From: an uncultured bacterium
GTDB taxonomy: Bacteria > Hydrothermota > Tepidihabitantia > Tepidihabitantales > Tepidihabitantaceae
DNA: 64,000 nt
NCBI GenBank assembly: GCA_964626075.1
Contig: CAZVDD010000015.1
Coordinates: forward strand, 8,773-72,772
Reading direction: 5' to 3'
A program made the position numbers and the translations under genes. Every line of letters starts with the position of its first letter. The stretch's first letter is position 1. Of this stretch, positions 9,760 through 19,299 are shown one piece after another. Under the pieces are notes generated by a model. It searched no databases. It saw only the letters and a program-made list of their open reading frames with translations, and had not been told where the DNA came from.

Positions 9760-10896
9760 ATGCAGCCCTGTATTATCAGAGCAAATAAGGAGACGCCAGA
9801 TTGGCTGGAGTTTCCCACGAAGCCGGTGCCGGGTGTGGTAGACCGCATGGAACTTATCAATCAGGCTCCGGAGTTTCTTGGGATGGCGTTTGCGGACGCA
9901 CCTTTGCCCCGGGCGGTTACGCTGGTAATGGGCGCGGCATCAAATCGGGTACTGGTGGCGGTGGACGAGGCGGGCAAAGTGATGTTAGTTGGTTGTCCGG
10001 ACCAGAAAGAGGAAACCGGAATAAGTTTGATGGTCGGCGACCTTTTGGCGGCAAGTGGGCGGTTGTGGCACCAGCCGTTTGCTCAATTGGCGGCGATGTT
10101 TGGCGACCCGTCGGGTAAAACGCTGAGCGAGAAGATTCGCAGTCGGGTCAAATCGGGGTGGGAGGAAAAGAAGTTTCAAGAGGCGGTGGCAAAGAGCCTT
10201 GACGAAGGTAAGTTTCCGGTTGTCGTGGTCGTTGATGAGGTGACCAAGGCGGTGGAAGATATGATTGTTTACCTCAAGGGAATGAACATCAATGTCCGGG
10301 TTTTGACCTATGAGCGGTTTGGTGACAACGGGATAGAGATTGTTGTGCCGCGGGGGGTAGGTGAAGCACCGAAGCGGGAAGAGAAAAAGGTGGCGGTTGA
10401 GCAGCCGATGTCGCCATTTTTAGAGTACACCCCAACCGTTACCAGTTTCGGCAAAACGGCAGGGGGACCTCCCAAAACATACGAACCATTTCCGACCGCC
10501 GGTACGACACCCAAACAGCAGGCGATACTGGAGCGGCTGGTTTACATTGAGGATTTGGGATTGATTCGTCGCGGATTTGAATTTTTCTCACCCCGGGCAG
10601 CGCAACGGCCCGAGGCAGAAGGCACCATAGTGGTAGCAGTTGACCCAACCCGCTGGCCCTTTCCCCGTGAGGACGAAGTGGTTGTCGTTGTACGCACGGG
10701 TCGAGAACATCTTGCCGGTTTTCTGAGGATGAAACAGCAGGAGGTTGAAGACTTTTTAAGGTTGTTGCCCCGCGATGAAAAGCGGGAGCACAAGGGGGCG
10801 CTGCTCTTGTGGGCGCGCAACCCATTTGAGGCAACCCAGTTGGTCAATGAGTTAAAGGCGTTAAAAGAAGTTTCTCAGACCCGACCGCCTGTTTGA
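9760..10896 (+). CDS. hypothetical protein, paralog of the upstream gene with an extra C-terminal domain
   Basis: LVAVDEAGKVMLVGCP...DLLAASGRLW...SLDEGKFPVVVV...YLKGMN shared with 8845..9756. Confidence 0.65.
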   Translation: MQPCIIRANKETPDWLEFPTKPVPGVVDRMELINQAPEFLGMAFADAPLPRAVTLVMGAASNRVLVAVDEAGKVMLVGCPDQKEETGISLMVGDLLAASGRLWHQPFAQLAAMFGDPSGKTLSEKIRSRVKSGWEEKKFQEAVAKSLDEGKFPVVVVVDEVTKAVEDMIVYLKGMNINVRVLTYERFGDNGIEIVVPRGVGEAPKREEKKVAVEQPMSPFLEYTPTVTSFGKTAGGPPKTYEPFPTAGTTPKQQAILERLVYIEDLGLIRRGFEFFSPRAAQRPEAEGTIVVAVDPTRWPFPREDEVVVVVRTGREHLAGFLRMKQQEVEDFLRLLPRDEKREHKGALLLWARNPFEATQLVNELKALKEVSQTRPPV

Positions 10897-10897
10897 T

Positions 10898-11455
10898 TTG
10901 AGCACCAGCCGCCTTCTGCTTCATATCTGCTGCGCACCCTGTGCGAGCGAGGTGGTGCGTCGGCTGCAACCGATTTACCAGGTGACCGGTTTTTTCTACA
11001 ACCCGAACATCTTTCCGGAGGAGGAGTTCCGACGGCGTCAAGATGCGGTGCGGCGATTGAGTCTCCTATGGCACATTCCGATTGAGTATGGGCCGTATGA
11101 ATACGGGCGGTTTCGGGAAGCGGTAAAGGGGTTGGAGAATGAGCCGGAAGGTGGAAAGCGGTGCGAGGTCTGTTTTCGATTGCGACTGGAGGAGTGCGGA
11201 AAACGGGCACGGGAAATCGGTTGCGGCGCAATCGCCACGACGCTGACAATAGGGCCAAATAAGCGCGCAGATGTGATTAACCAGATTGGCAGAGATGTTG
11301 CCGCGATGGCGGGGATTGAGTTCATTGAAAGGGACTGGAAAAAACGGGATGGCTTTAAACACAGTGTTGAAATTTCGCGGGAGTTAGGTCTTTATCGGCA
11401 GGTCTACTGCGGCTGCGAATTTTCTATAAAAGAAAAGGCGGGGCGGAACCAATGA
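10898..11455 (+). CDS. queH: epoxyqueuosine reductase QueH (DUF208)
   Basis: LLHICCAPC, FYNPNI, RCEVCFRLRL, LYRQVYCGCEFS. Confidence 0.92.
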   Translation: MSTSRLLLHICCAPCASEVVRRLQPIYQVTGFFYNPNIFPEEEFRRRQDAVRRLSLLWHIPIEYGPYEYGRFREAVKGLENEPEGGKRCEVCFRLRLEECGKRAREIGCGAIATTLTIGPNKRADVINQIGRDVAAMAGIEFIERDWKKRDGFKHSVEISRELGLYRQVYCGCEFSIKEKAGRNQ

Positions 11456-11472
11456 CCGCCCCGCAACTTTTT
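11437..11472. terminator. probable bidirectional intrinsic terminator
   Basis: GCGGGGCGG...CCGCCCCGC stem flanked by A and T runs between convergent genes. Confidence 0.6.
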
Positions 11473-11479
11473 GTAACCT

Positions 11480-13405
11480 TTAGCGGGCGATAACGAACTT
11501 TGTTTCAGCCTGAATTTCCGGCGAGTTCAGGCGGGAGAAGTAAACACCTGGTGGTACGGGTTTGCCCCCACCGTCTTTGCCGTCCCAAATCCAGTTACCC
11601 GAGCCCGAGATGGTGCGCACCAACCGGCCAGTACGGTCGTAGATGTTGACAGTCGCATCGGCGCCAAGATTTGAGAAGAATTGGACCGTTCCGCGGCTGG
11701 GGTTGGGATGACAGATGAGTGCCCGTTGATCGCGATGGGTTCTGGGTTCTTCAACGATTGCGGTTGGGTCCGCAGTGGTGTATTTGATTGCCCGGCCTGG
11801 AGCAATCGGCGCGCTGCCTCGATGATAGTTGTTGTCAAACAGGCACTGGATAGCGATGGTCTGGCTCGGGTCCTGGATACCAACGGTGCTTGATGTGTAC
11901 TGGTTGGCGGTGAGGTACTGGACGACAATTAGGTTGTCGCCGGTCGGAGTCGGGGTCGTTGGGTCGTAGAGGATGAGCTGGAATCGTTCATAAGGAGCAC
12001 CAGAGCCAGGGAAATAGTGTACCGAATCCCATTCGACAATAAAGCGGTGGTTATCGGCGTCGTAAAAGTACCAGACGCCGTTACCAACCGGTGGATAAAG
12101 GTCATCCCAGTTAAGGCAGATGGCACCCGGTAGGTATGTCGTGGGTAACGATGTGTTGTTGTAATAGTTGCTGGTGGTTGAACCCGGTGCGACCCAGCCA
12201 TTGGAGCAGATGGAGATTTGAGTAGAGGTTGAGCCGTAGAACTGCCAAGTAAACGGCAGGTCAATGGTAATCGTCTGGTCATCACTGAGGGATAGTTGAG
12301 TGCCCCGATTGTTGATTTCTATCCAGGAGAAGTTGGGATGCTGGGGATAGAGGGTGTCAATGTCGTCGTAAGCCCAGTAACGGGGCGGATTGCCGTTGTC
12401 CGGTATCGGGTCGGTAGGGCGTAATTCGCCAACCACGATGTTAAAGCGAATAGTGTCGTTGTAGCCGGTACCGTTGATGAAAAGATAAAGGGTTACCGGT
12501 GTTTCAATCGGGATTGAATGGTCCACCTGAATGCCAAATGGGTCGGTTTCGTTGGTTCGGGTTGCGCCAGCAGGAATTGAGCCGTAGGAGCTGATTGAGT
12601 CGCTGATAACGAAGCGGCTGTCAGAAGAGCGTAACTTGACATTGACACTATCTACTCCTTGATTGCCGATGTTGCGCAGACTGACAATTAAACCGCCAGT
12701 TTCACCGGGGTCAAATCGTCCGTTGTTGTTGCCGCCCGGCGGCGAGTCCAGAACGGTTCTGCTGCTGAGCAGGAGGTAGGGACCTTGATTGTTGTTAATT
12801 AAGGAGATGTCATCGGCGGAGACCACCGCCACCGGAGTGCCTCAGCCGCTGTGGGTGTAACTCCAGAGCGCAACTTCAACTCGGGCGATATCACCCGGGT
12901 TGACACCGGGCAAATTAGCGGTAAGTTCATCGGCGATGTTTAATTCGTACCGGTTCCAGTCCGGGTTGGTGATGCGGTAGAGGCTTAAAGTCGGAGTTGG
13001 TGTCCAGGTGGCGTAGGTGGAGTAGTAGTAACGGGTTTCACCCAGGCGGTTGTCGTTGAAATCATAGTAGCACACCTGAAAGCAGGCTGCGGGCCAGCAG
13101 GTCGATGAGCCACCACTTTCAGTAAACTTTGCCCAGAAGGACAGGTTCAGGGCGACACCCGGCACATCAACCTTTTGACTGAGCCTTGTCCAGCCCGGGT
13201 TGTCGTATTGATAAACCCAGGCTTCGTAGTCCGGGTCCGGTTGATATTCGGTGCCGCGCTGTACTTGATGAGTGCCGAGACCGCTATCGGTATAAGTCCA
13301 GCCAATAGACAACTCCTGTTCGAAGTCGCCATTGACCAGAAGTTCCTGGCTTAAACATAAGCCAAGAACAAACGGCACAATCAGCAAACTGGCCTTGAAA
13401 CGCAT
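11480..13405 (-). CDS. putative secreted selenoprotein (641 aa, Sec at codon 188): signal peptide, CBM-like domain, Ig-like domain, FlgD/T9SS-like C-terminal domain
   Basis: ORFs 12842..13492 and 11480..12832 are in frame across a single TGA (12842-12844); SECIS-like hairpin 11 nt downstream; GGGAGG RBS before ATG 13405. Confidence 0.8.
12815..12830 (-). promoter_or_regulatory. bacterial SECIS-like hairpin
   Basis: mRNA reads UGA-GGCACUCCGGU-GGCGG UGGUCU CCGCC; 11-nt spacer and GGUCU apical sequence as in E. coli fdhF. Confidence 0.75.
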
Positions 13406-13494
13406 TGCGAGCCTCCCTTTTACATTTATAAATATTATCGCCGGGGTAAGCCAAAAGTCAAGAGACGATAGCCGAACACAAAATCCCAACACCG

Positions 13495-13523
13495 TTGACT
13501 GATTCAGGATATCTTTCTATAAT
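13495..13523 (+). promoter_or_regulatory. sigma70 promoter for a probably leaderless rtcB transcript
   Basis: TTGACT-17 nt-TATAAT, ATG 6 nt after the -10 box, no SD. Confidence 0.65.
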
Positions 13524-13529
13524 ATTTTG

Positions 13530-14987
13530 ATGGCAGGATGGAATGGACCATTAGAGAGAGTGGACGACACCAAACTTCTAATTCCCAGAAGTTATAAGTC
13601 GGAGATGCGGGTTGATGGTGTGATTTATGCGGATGCGACTTTGATTGAAGACATCAAGGCGGACCAGGCACCAGAACAGGTTGCCAATGTGGCGACCTTG
13701 CCGGGCATTGTTGGTAACTCTCTGGCGATGCCCGATATCCACTGGGGCTACGGTTTTGCGATTGGTGGTGTTGCTGCCTTTGACCTGAATCAGGGCGTGA
13801 TTTCGCCCGGTGGTGTGGGCTATGACATCAACTGCGGTGTGCGCCTCTTGCGCACCCGTCTTGAGCGGAAGGACCTAAAACCGGAACTACTGGAAAAACT
13901 GGTAGAGGCGATTTTCTACAATGTTCCGTCCGGTGTGGGCTCAAAGGGTAAAATCCGGATTTCGCAAAAGACGGTTGCCGAGGTTTTGACTAAAGGGGCA
14001 CGCTGGGCAGTAGAACAGGGTTATGGAACGCCCGAGGATTTGGAGTTTACTGAGGAGCAAGGTGAGATGAAGGGTGCCGACCTTGCCGGTGTGTCTGCCC
14101 GGGCGCTGGAACGGGGGATGCCGCAATTGGGAACGCTGGGCGCGGGCAACCATTTCCTTGAAATTCAGGAGGTGGTGGAAATCTACGACCCAAAGGCGGC
14201 AGCAGAACTGGGCGTTTATCTGGGTCAGATTACGGTGATGATTCATACCGGCTCCCGGGGTTTGGGTTACCAGATTTGTGATGACAATGTTAAGAGTCTG
14301 GTGGCCGCGGCGCGCAAGTACGGGATTCATCTCGTTGACCGGCAACTTGCCTGCGCGCCGATCGACTCACCCGAGGGGAAAAGATATTTTGGGGCAATGG
14401 TTGCGGCGGCGAACTATGCCTGGGCAAATCGCCAGGCAATCACCCATTGGGTACGGGAGGCGTTTTCTCAAGTGCTTGGCATTCCAATTGAGAGGTTGGG
14501 GATGAGTCAGGTTTACGATGTGGCGCACAACATCGCCAAGATTGAGGAACACGAGGTCAACGGTAAAAGGATGAAACTGTGTGTGCACCGGAAGGGGGCA
14601 ACACGAGCATTTCCCCCCGGGCATCCGGCATTACCGGAGAAGTACCGGCATCTTGGTCAGCCGGTTTTAATTCCCGGAGATATGGGGACCAGTTCTTACC
14701 TGCTGCTGGGTACGGAAAAGGCGGCACAGGAGACCTTTGGTTCTGCCTGTCATGGCGCGGGCCGGGTGTGGTCAAGAACCCGGGCGCTGGAGGAGACGAA
14801 AAAGCGCGATGTGGCGGCGGAACTGCGCGCCCAGGGGATTTTGGTTAGGGCCGCAAGCCGGGAGGTTTTGAACGAAGAGGTGCCGGACGCCTATAAAGAT
14901 GTTGACAAAGTGGTTGATGTGTGTCACCGGGCGGGCATCGCCCGTAAGGTGGCGCGGATGAAGCCGTTAGGTGTGGTCAAGGGCTAA
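13530..14987 (+). CDS. rtcB: RNA-splicing ligase RtcB
   Basis: MPDIHWGYGF, GYDINCGVR, GNHFLE, HRKGATR, HGAGR, YKDVD. Confidence 0.96.
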   Translation: MAGWNGPLERVDDTKLLIPRSYKSEMRVDGVIYADATLIEDIKADQAPEQVANVATLPGIVGNSLAMPDIHWGYGFAIGGVAAFDLNQGVISPGGVGYDINCGVRLLRTRLERKDLKPELLEKLVEAIFYNVPSGVGSKGKIRISQKTVAEVLTKGARWAVEQGYGTPEDLEFTEEQGEMKGADLAGVSARALERGMPQLGTLGAGNHFLEIQEVVEIYDPKAAAELGVYLGQITVMIHTGSRGLGYQICDDNVKSLVAAARKYGIHLVDRQLACAPIDSPEGKRYFGAMVAAANYAWANRQAITHWVREAFSQVLGIPIERLGMSQVYDVAHNIAKIEEHEVNGKRMKLCVHRKGATRAFPPGHPALPEKYRHLGQPVLIPGDMGTSSYLLLGTEKAAQETFGSACHGAGRVWSRTRALEETKKRDVAAELRAQGILVRAASREVLNEEVPDAYKDVDKVVDVCHRAGIARKVARMKPLGVVKG

Positions 14988-15023
14988 GCGTAGCCCGCAG
15001 GTTGCACCGCAGGCGAGCCGGTT

Positions 15024-16838
15024 ATGAAAGACAGTGTTGCCGAGAAAATTGCCCAGGCACCAACCGAACCGGGTGTTTACCTTCTAAAGGACGATAAAGG
15101 TCGGGTTATCTACATCGGAAAGGCACGGATACTGCGTGACCGGTTACGTGCCTATCTCGGTGTGCAGAAGGACCCCCGGCTTGCGGCGCTTGTGCGCCGG
15201 ACCAGCGACATCGAGACCATCGTCACCCGGTCTGAGGTTGAGGCGCTACTCTTAGAAGAGAGTTTAATCAAGATTAAAAAGCCCCGCTACAATGTCCGAC
15301 TGCGCGACGACAAGAAGTACCCTTATCTCAAGATTACCATTAATGAGCCGTTTCCGCGGATTTTTGTCACGCGCAACATCAAGCCGGATGGTGCGGTTTT
15401 GTTCGGACCTTACACGAGCGCCCGGGAGTTGCGCCGGGCGCTGCGAGCGGTGAAACGCATCTTTGGCATCCGGACCTGCAAGCGCAGTTTGCCCGACCCG
15501 ACCCGACCCGAGCCCTGTCTCAACTTTCAAATGAAACGGTGTCTGGGACCTTGCCGGGGCACTGTGGATGTCGCTGAGTACCGGCAACGGGTAAACGATG
15601 TGATTCAATTTCTTTCCGGCAACAGTGAAAAGTTAATCGAGGAACTGGAAAGGCGGATGTGGGAAGAGGCACAGGCGCAGCGGTACGAGCAGGCGGCGCT
15701 GTTGCGCGACCAGTTAATGGCGCTGCGCGAGATTATTCGCAATCAGCAGGTTGTTACTACCGACAAAACCGGGCGGGATGTGATTGGGCTGGCACGGGCG
15801 GAAAAAAGTGCCGCAGCGGCGCTGTTCCGCATCCGCGAGGGTAAAATCGTCGCCCGTGAGGAGTACCTGCTCAGCGCCACCTGCGACATACCAGAAGAGG
15901 AACTGCTCCAAGGGCTTTTACGGTCGATTTACACCCACACCGTAGACCTGCCAGAGGAAATTGTCCTGCCGGCACCAATCGCCGAGGGGGAACTTTTCCG
16001 GGAACTGTTCTGGGAGAAAGGGCGGCGTAAGGTTGAAATCAGCGCGCCCCAGCGGGGGGAAAAACGGAAACTGGTTGAACTGGCACAGCGTAACGCAGAA
16101 AAGGCGTTAGTTGAGGCGTTGCCGGTAACGGCACGGATTCCGGAAGGCAGCCGGCAACTGGCAGAAATTTTAGGATTGCCGACCCCACCACGCTTGATTG
16201 AAGGGGTTGACATCTCCAATACGCAGGGCAGTAATGCGGTGGGTTCGGTGGTTGTGTTCCGCGACGGCAGACCGATAAAGAGCCAGTACCGGCTGTTTAA
16301 GATTCGAACCGTGTCCGGACCAAACGACTTTGCGATGATGGAGGAGGTGTTGGCGCGGCGGGTGCGCGGGCTTTTGGAGAAAAACAGGCCGTTGCCCGAT
16401 CTGGTGCTGGTTGATGGCGGCAAAGGGCAACTTTCCGCGGCGGTTAAGGCGTATCATCAATTTGACCAGGAGATTCCGATTCTCGGGCTGGCAAAACGGA
16501 CCGACACTTTGTTTTACATCGATGGCCGAGAGATTTCGATACCCGCAACCTCGGCGGCTTTGAAACTTTTAAAGCGGATTCGGGACGAGTCGCACCGTTT
16601 TGCCATCACCTTCCACCGGAAACTGCGCAGCAAGAAACTGGTGGAATCGGAAATTGACAGAATTCCCGGAATTGGCACGGTGCGGCGTCAGGCGCTACTA
16701 CAGTACTTTGGCTCGCTTAACAAACTGCGCGGGGCGGGTGTTGATGACATCGCCCGGGTTAAGGGCATCGGCCGGAGCCTGGCGGAAAAGATTTATGAGT
16801 ACCTGCACCCAACGGGCAGTGCCACCTTGTTTAAGTAA
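15024..16838 (+). CDS. uvrC: excinuclease ABC subunit C
   Basis: GIY-YIG (GVY...YIGKA), DISN, VDGGKGQ, RDESHRFA, C-terminal HhH. Confidence 0.96.
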   Translation: MKDSVAEKIAQAPTEPGVYLLKDDKGRVIYIGKARILRDRLRAYLGVQKDPRLAALVRRTSDIETIVTRSEVEALLLEESLIKIKKPRYNVRLRDDKKYPYLKITINEPFPRIFVTRNIKPDGAVLFGPYTSARELRRALRAVKRIFGIRTCKRSLPDPTRPEPCLNFQMKRCLGPCRGTVDVAEYRQRVNDVIQFLSGNSEKLIEELERRMWEEAQAQRYEQAALLRDQLMALREIIRNQQVVTTDKTGRDVIGLARAEKSAAAALFRIREGKIVAREEYLLSATCDIPEEELLQGLLRSIYTHTVDLPEEIVLPAPIAEGELFRELFWEKGRRKVEISAPQRGEKRKLVELAQRNAEKALVEALPVTARIPEGSRQLAEILGLPTPPRLIEGVDISNTQGSNAVGSVVVFRDGRPIKSQYRLFKIRTVSGPNDFAMMEEVLARRVRGLLEKNRPLPDLVLVDGGKGQLSAAVKAYHQFDQEIPILGLAKRTDTLFYIDGREISIPATSAALKLLKRIRDESHRFAITFHRKLRSKKLVESEIDRIPGIGTVRRQALLQYFGSLNKLRGAGVDDIARVKGIGRSLAEKIYEYLHPTGSATLFK

Positions 16839-17049
16839 CAGCAATCGCTCAATAAAACTGTTGCCAATCGAATAAAGGTTGCTGCGCCCAACCGGTTCAA
16901 TTCAGCGCCCGGTTGATTGTAGTCAGTTGACAATTGTCAATGGGTGCCAACTGGTTATCAGTTCTACGCCTGCGCCGCAAGCGGCGGGCAAGCAGTTTTA
17001 GCGAACTCTGAGGCAAAGTAATATTTAAGCGGCTGCCCGGTTCGCGAGA

Positions 17050-18012
17050 CTACTCCTGAATATGGAACTCAACGATGTCCTTGTCGGCGAGGGTGTGCTC
17101 CCGTTCCACGCGCTGCCCCGAAAAACCGCTTGTGTTCCAGAGCCGGGCGTAGGAAAGCCTGCGGGCAAAGTCTTTGTGGAGATAGTAGGCGGCGTCAATC
17201 ACCGTTGCCGGGTTTTTGAGAATTACCGGGTCCTGCATATCGGGCGGTTTGCCCGGTTTCTTGGTGTAGACACGGATGATGTTCAAACTGGTAAAAGCGG
17301 CGTGGCGAAACTCATCCAAACCCTGTTTGGTTTCAACTGAGACCAGAAGCAATGGGATTTCACCCCGCAGTTCCTTGAGTACCGCAAGCCGGTCCAGGGC
17401 ACCAGGGGCATCAACTTTGGTGCCAACCTGGAGCAGTGGTGGTTGGCGATAAGCCTCAGGTCCGATGATGTGGTTCTGGATTAAAAGTTGTTCAATCTGC
17501 TCAGTTGTTTCCAGCAGGGTGTCGTCGCTAAGGTCAATGAGCCAGACAAGGGCATCGGCGGTGCGCAGGATGTGAAAGAGCCAGGCCGGGGAATCTTTTT
17601 CCAGCGGGGGGGTGTCAATCAGTTGAATCTGGATGTCTTCAAACCGCATCATTCCTGCCAGCGGACGGGTGGTGGTAAACGGGTAAGCGGCGACCTCGGT
17701 GTTTAAACCGGTCAATTCCCGAACCAGTGCCGATTTGCCGCAGTTGGGAGGACCAAAAATCGCTACCTGACCGGCACCCTGTTTCTCGATGTGGTACCAG
17801 TCGGTGCGTTTGCCGCCGCCTTTGCCCTCAGAGAGTTCGCGGCGCAATCGGGCGATGCGACTCTTGATGTCCGCCTGCATCTTTTCGGTGCCTTTGTGCT
17901 TGGGGATGGTGGCGAGCATATCTTCAAGGCAGAGCAGTTTTTCTTCGGGCGTTTTTGCTTGCCGGAACCGCTCTTCGGCTTGTTTGAACTCCGGGGTTAA
18001 ATTTGCCGGCAT
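17050..18012 (-). CDS. OBG/DRG-family GTPase with C-terminal TGS domain
   Basis: PKHKGTEK N-terminus, G1 GPPNCGKS, YPFTT, IRVYTK...TGS-like tail. Confidence 0.85.
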   Translation of the reverse strand: MPANLTPEFKQAEERFRQAKTPEEKLLCLEDMLATIPKHKGTEKMQADIKSRIARLRRELSEGKGGGKRTDWYHIEKQGAGQVAIFGPPNCGKSALVRELTGLNTEVAAYPFTTTRPLAGMMRFEDIQIQLIDTPPLEKDSPAWLFHILRTADALVWLIDLSDDTLLETTEQIEQLLIQNHIIGPEAYRQPPLLQVGTKVDAPGALDRLAVLKELRGEIPLLLVSVETKQGLDEFRHAAFTSLNIIRVYTKKPGKPPDMQDPVILKNPATVIDAAYYLHKDFARRLSYARLWNTSGFSGQRVEREHTLADKDIVEFHIQE

Positions 18013-19299
18013 CTAATCCGGAAGCACCTCCGTTTCTGCCACATCCATAAACACCAGCCCGGAAATCAGTTTCGGGAAGAAGTCGGTTGATTTTTGGGGC
18101 ATCCGCTCCATCTTTTCTGCCAGTTTCTGCACCTGTTCAGGTCGTGTTGGGTTAAGGAATAGAGCACAGGCGGCGGCGCCAGAATCAACCCGGGCAACGG
18201 TATCCTGCCAGTAGCGCTCATAGAGCACCCGGTTTTCGGTCTCAGCCGGTTTGATACCGAACACATTATCAATTATCAGGGCGTGGAGGAGCGCCACATC
18301 CAGTTCTTTGTAGTCCGGGCTCTTTTCCGCGGGGAGAAGGTTTTTCGCCTTCTCAGGGTCGCGCAGGAGGAGCAGATAACTTTTGCCTTTGCCAAAGTAG
18401 ACAACAAACGCATGCGCACTTTTGTGTTTCTTTAGTTCGGACTTTGCGGACTCGTCGGGGACCAATCGGACTTCAAACAGTTCGTTCAAGCGGGACAGCG
18501 CCTCATCGGGCGTGATGGTTATTGTTTTCAATAGCCGATGGGTAGGCAGGATTACAAGGCCGGGGTCGGTAATTTTGAAGAAAGCGGCGGTTTTGAACCG
18601 GAGCGCGGCGTTGGCGGGCACATTACCTTTCTGTTCCAGCTCCCGGCGGTAGTTGAGTGCCGTCTCATAACGGTGGTGGCCATCGGCAATCAAAACCACC
18701 TGTTCCTGCATCGCCTGACGCAGTGCCGTAATCCAGTTCTGGTCGTTGATTTGCCAGAGCCGGTGGACAACACCGAACTCGTCGGTGGCGGTCAGGTCGG
18801 GCTCTGCCCCTTTTTTGCTGTCCAGCAACCAATCAATTTCGCCTTTCGGGTCCGGATAGAGGAAGAATATCTGTTCATAGTCCTTTTTTGTGGCGCGTAA
18901 AAGTGCCAACCGGTCCGCCTTTGGTCCGGAATGGGTAAACTCGTGGGGCAGGACTGTTCTTTTTTCAAACTCTTCAACCCGGATGGCGCCGATAAACCCT
19001 TTGCGCCGCATGCGCCTGCCTTCAATATCAAATTCCTCTTCAAGAATGTAGAAGGCGGGTTTGGTTTCGCGTACAAGAATACCTTCATCAAGCCAACGGT
19101 TACAGGTGTTTGCCGATGTTACATAAGGGTCTTCGCTTTTGGGCAGAATCAGGTTGATGAAACTGAACTGGTGCTGTTTCAGGTACCGTTCGCGCATCTC
19201 GGGTGTGACCTTGTCGTAAGGCTGGGTAATCACCTTACTGAGGTCACCAATCTTTGTCAGGTTGTAATGAATTGCGGGGAACGGTCGAACATCAGCCAT
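18013..19299 (-). CDS. DUF1015 family protein
   Basis: PYD, PHEFT, IADGHHRYETA, MPQKSTDFFPKLISGL. Confidence 0.9.
   Translation of the reverse strand: MADVRPFPAIHYNLTKIGDLSKVITQPYDKVTPEMRERYLKQHQFSFINLILPKSEDPYVTSANTCNRWLDEGILVRETKPAFYILEEEFDIEGRRMRRKGFIGAIRVEEFEKRTVLPHEFTHSGPKADRLALLRATKKDYEQIFFLYPDPKGEIDWLLDSKKGAEPDLTATDEFGVVHRLWQINDQNWITALRQAMQEQVVLIADGHHRYETALNYRRELEQKGNVPANAALRFKTAAFFKITDPGLVILPTHRLLKTITITPDEALSRLNELFEVRLVPDESAKSELKKHKSAHAFVVYFGKGKSYLLLLRDPEKAKNLLPAEKSPDYKELDVALLHALIIDNVFGIKPAETENRVLYERYWQDTVARVDSGAAACALFLNPTRPEQVQKLAEKMERMPQKSTDFFPKLISGLVFMDVAETEVLPD

Noticed and set aside
12842-12844. Genome-wide UGA reassignment (code 4 or 25) as the explanation for the in-frame TGA
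   Set aside because: Conserved genes such as purD, pilC, queH and yggS end at TGA at their expected C-termini, and no other gene here shows an internal TGA.
16839-17049. Palindrome TTGACAATTGTCAA and a GC hairpin between uvrC and the GTPase
   Set aside because: Lies between convergent gene ends; most simply a terminator region with no support for anything more.
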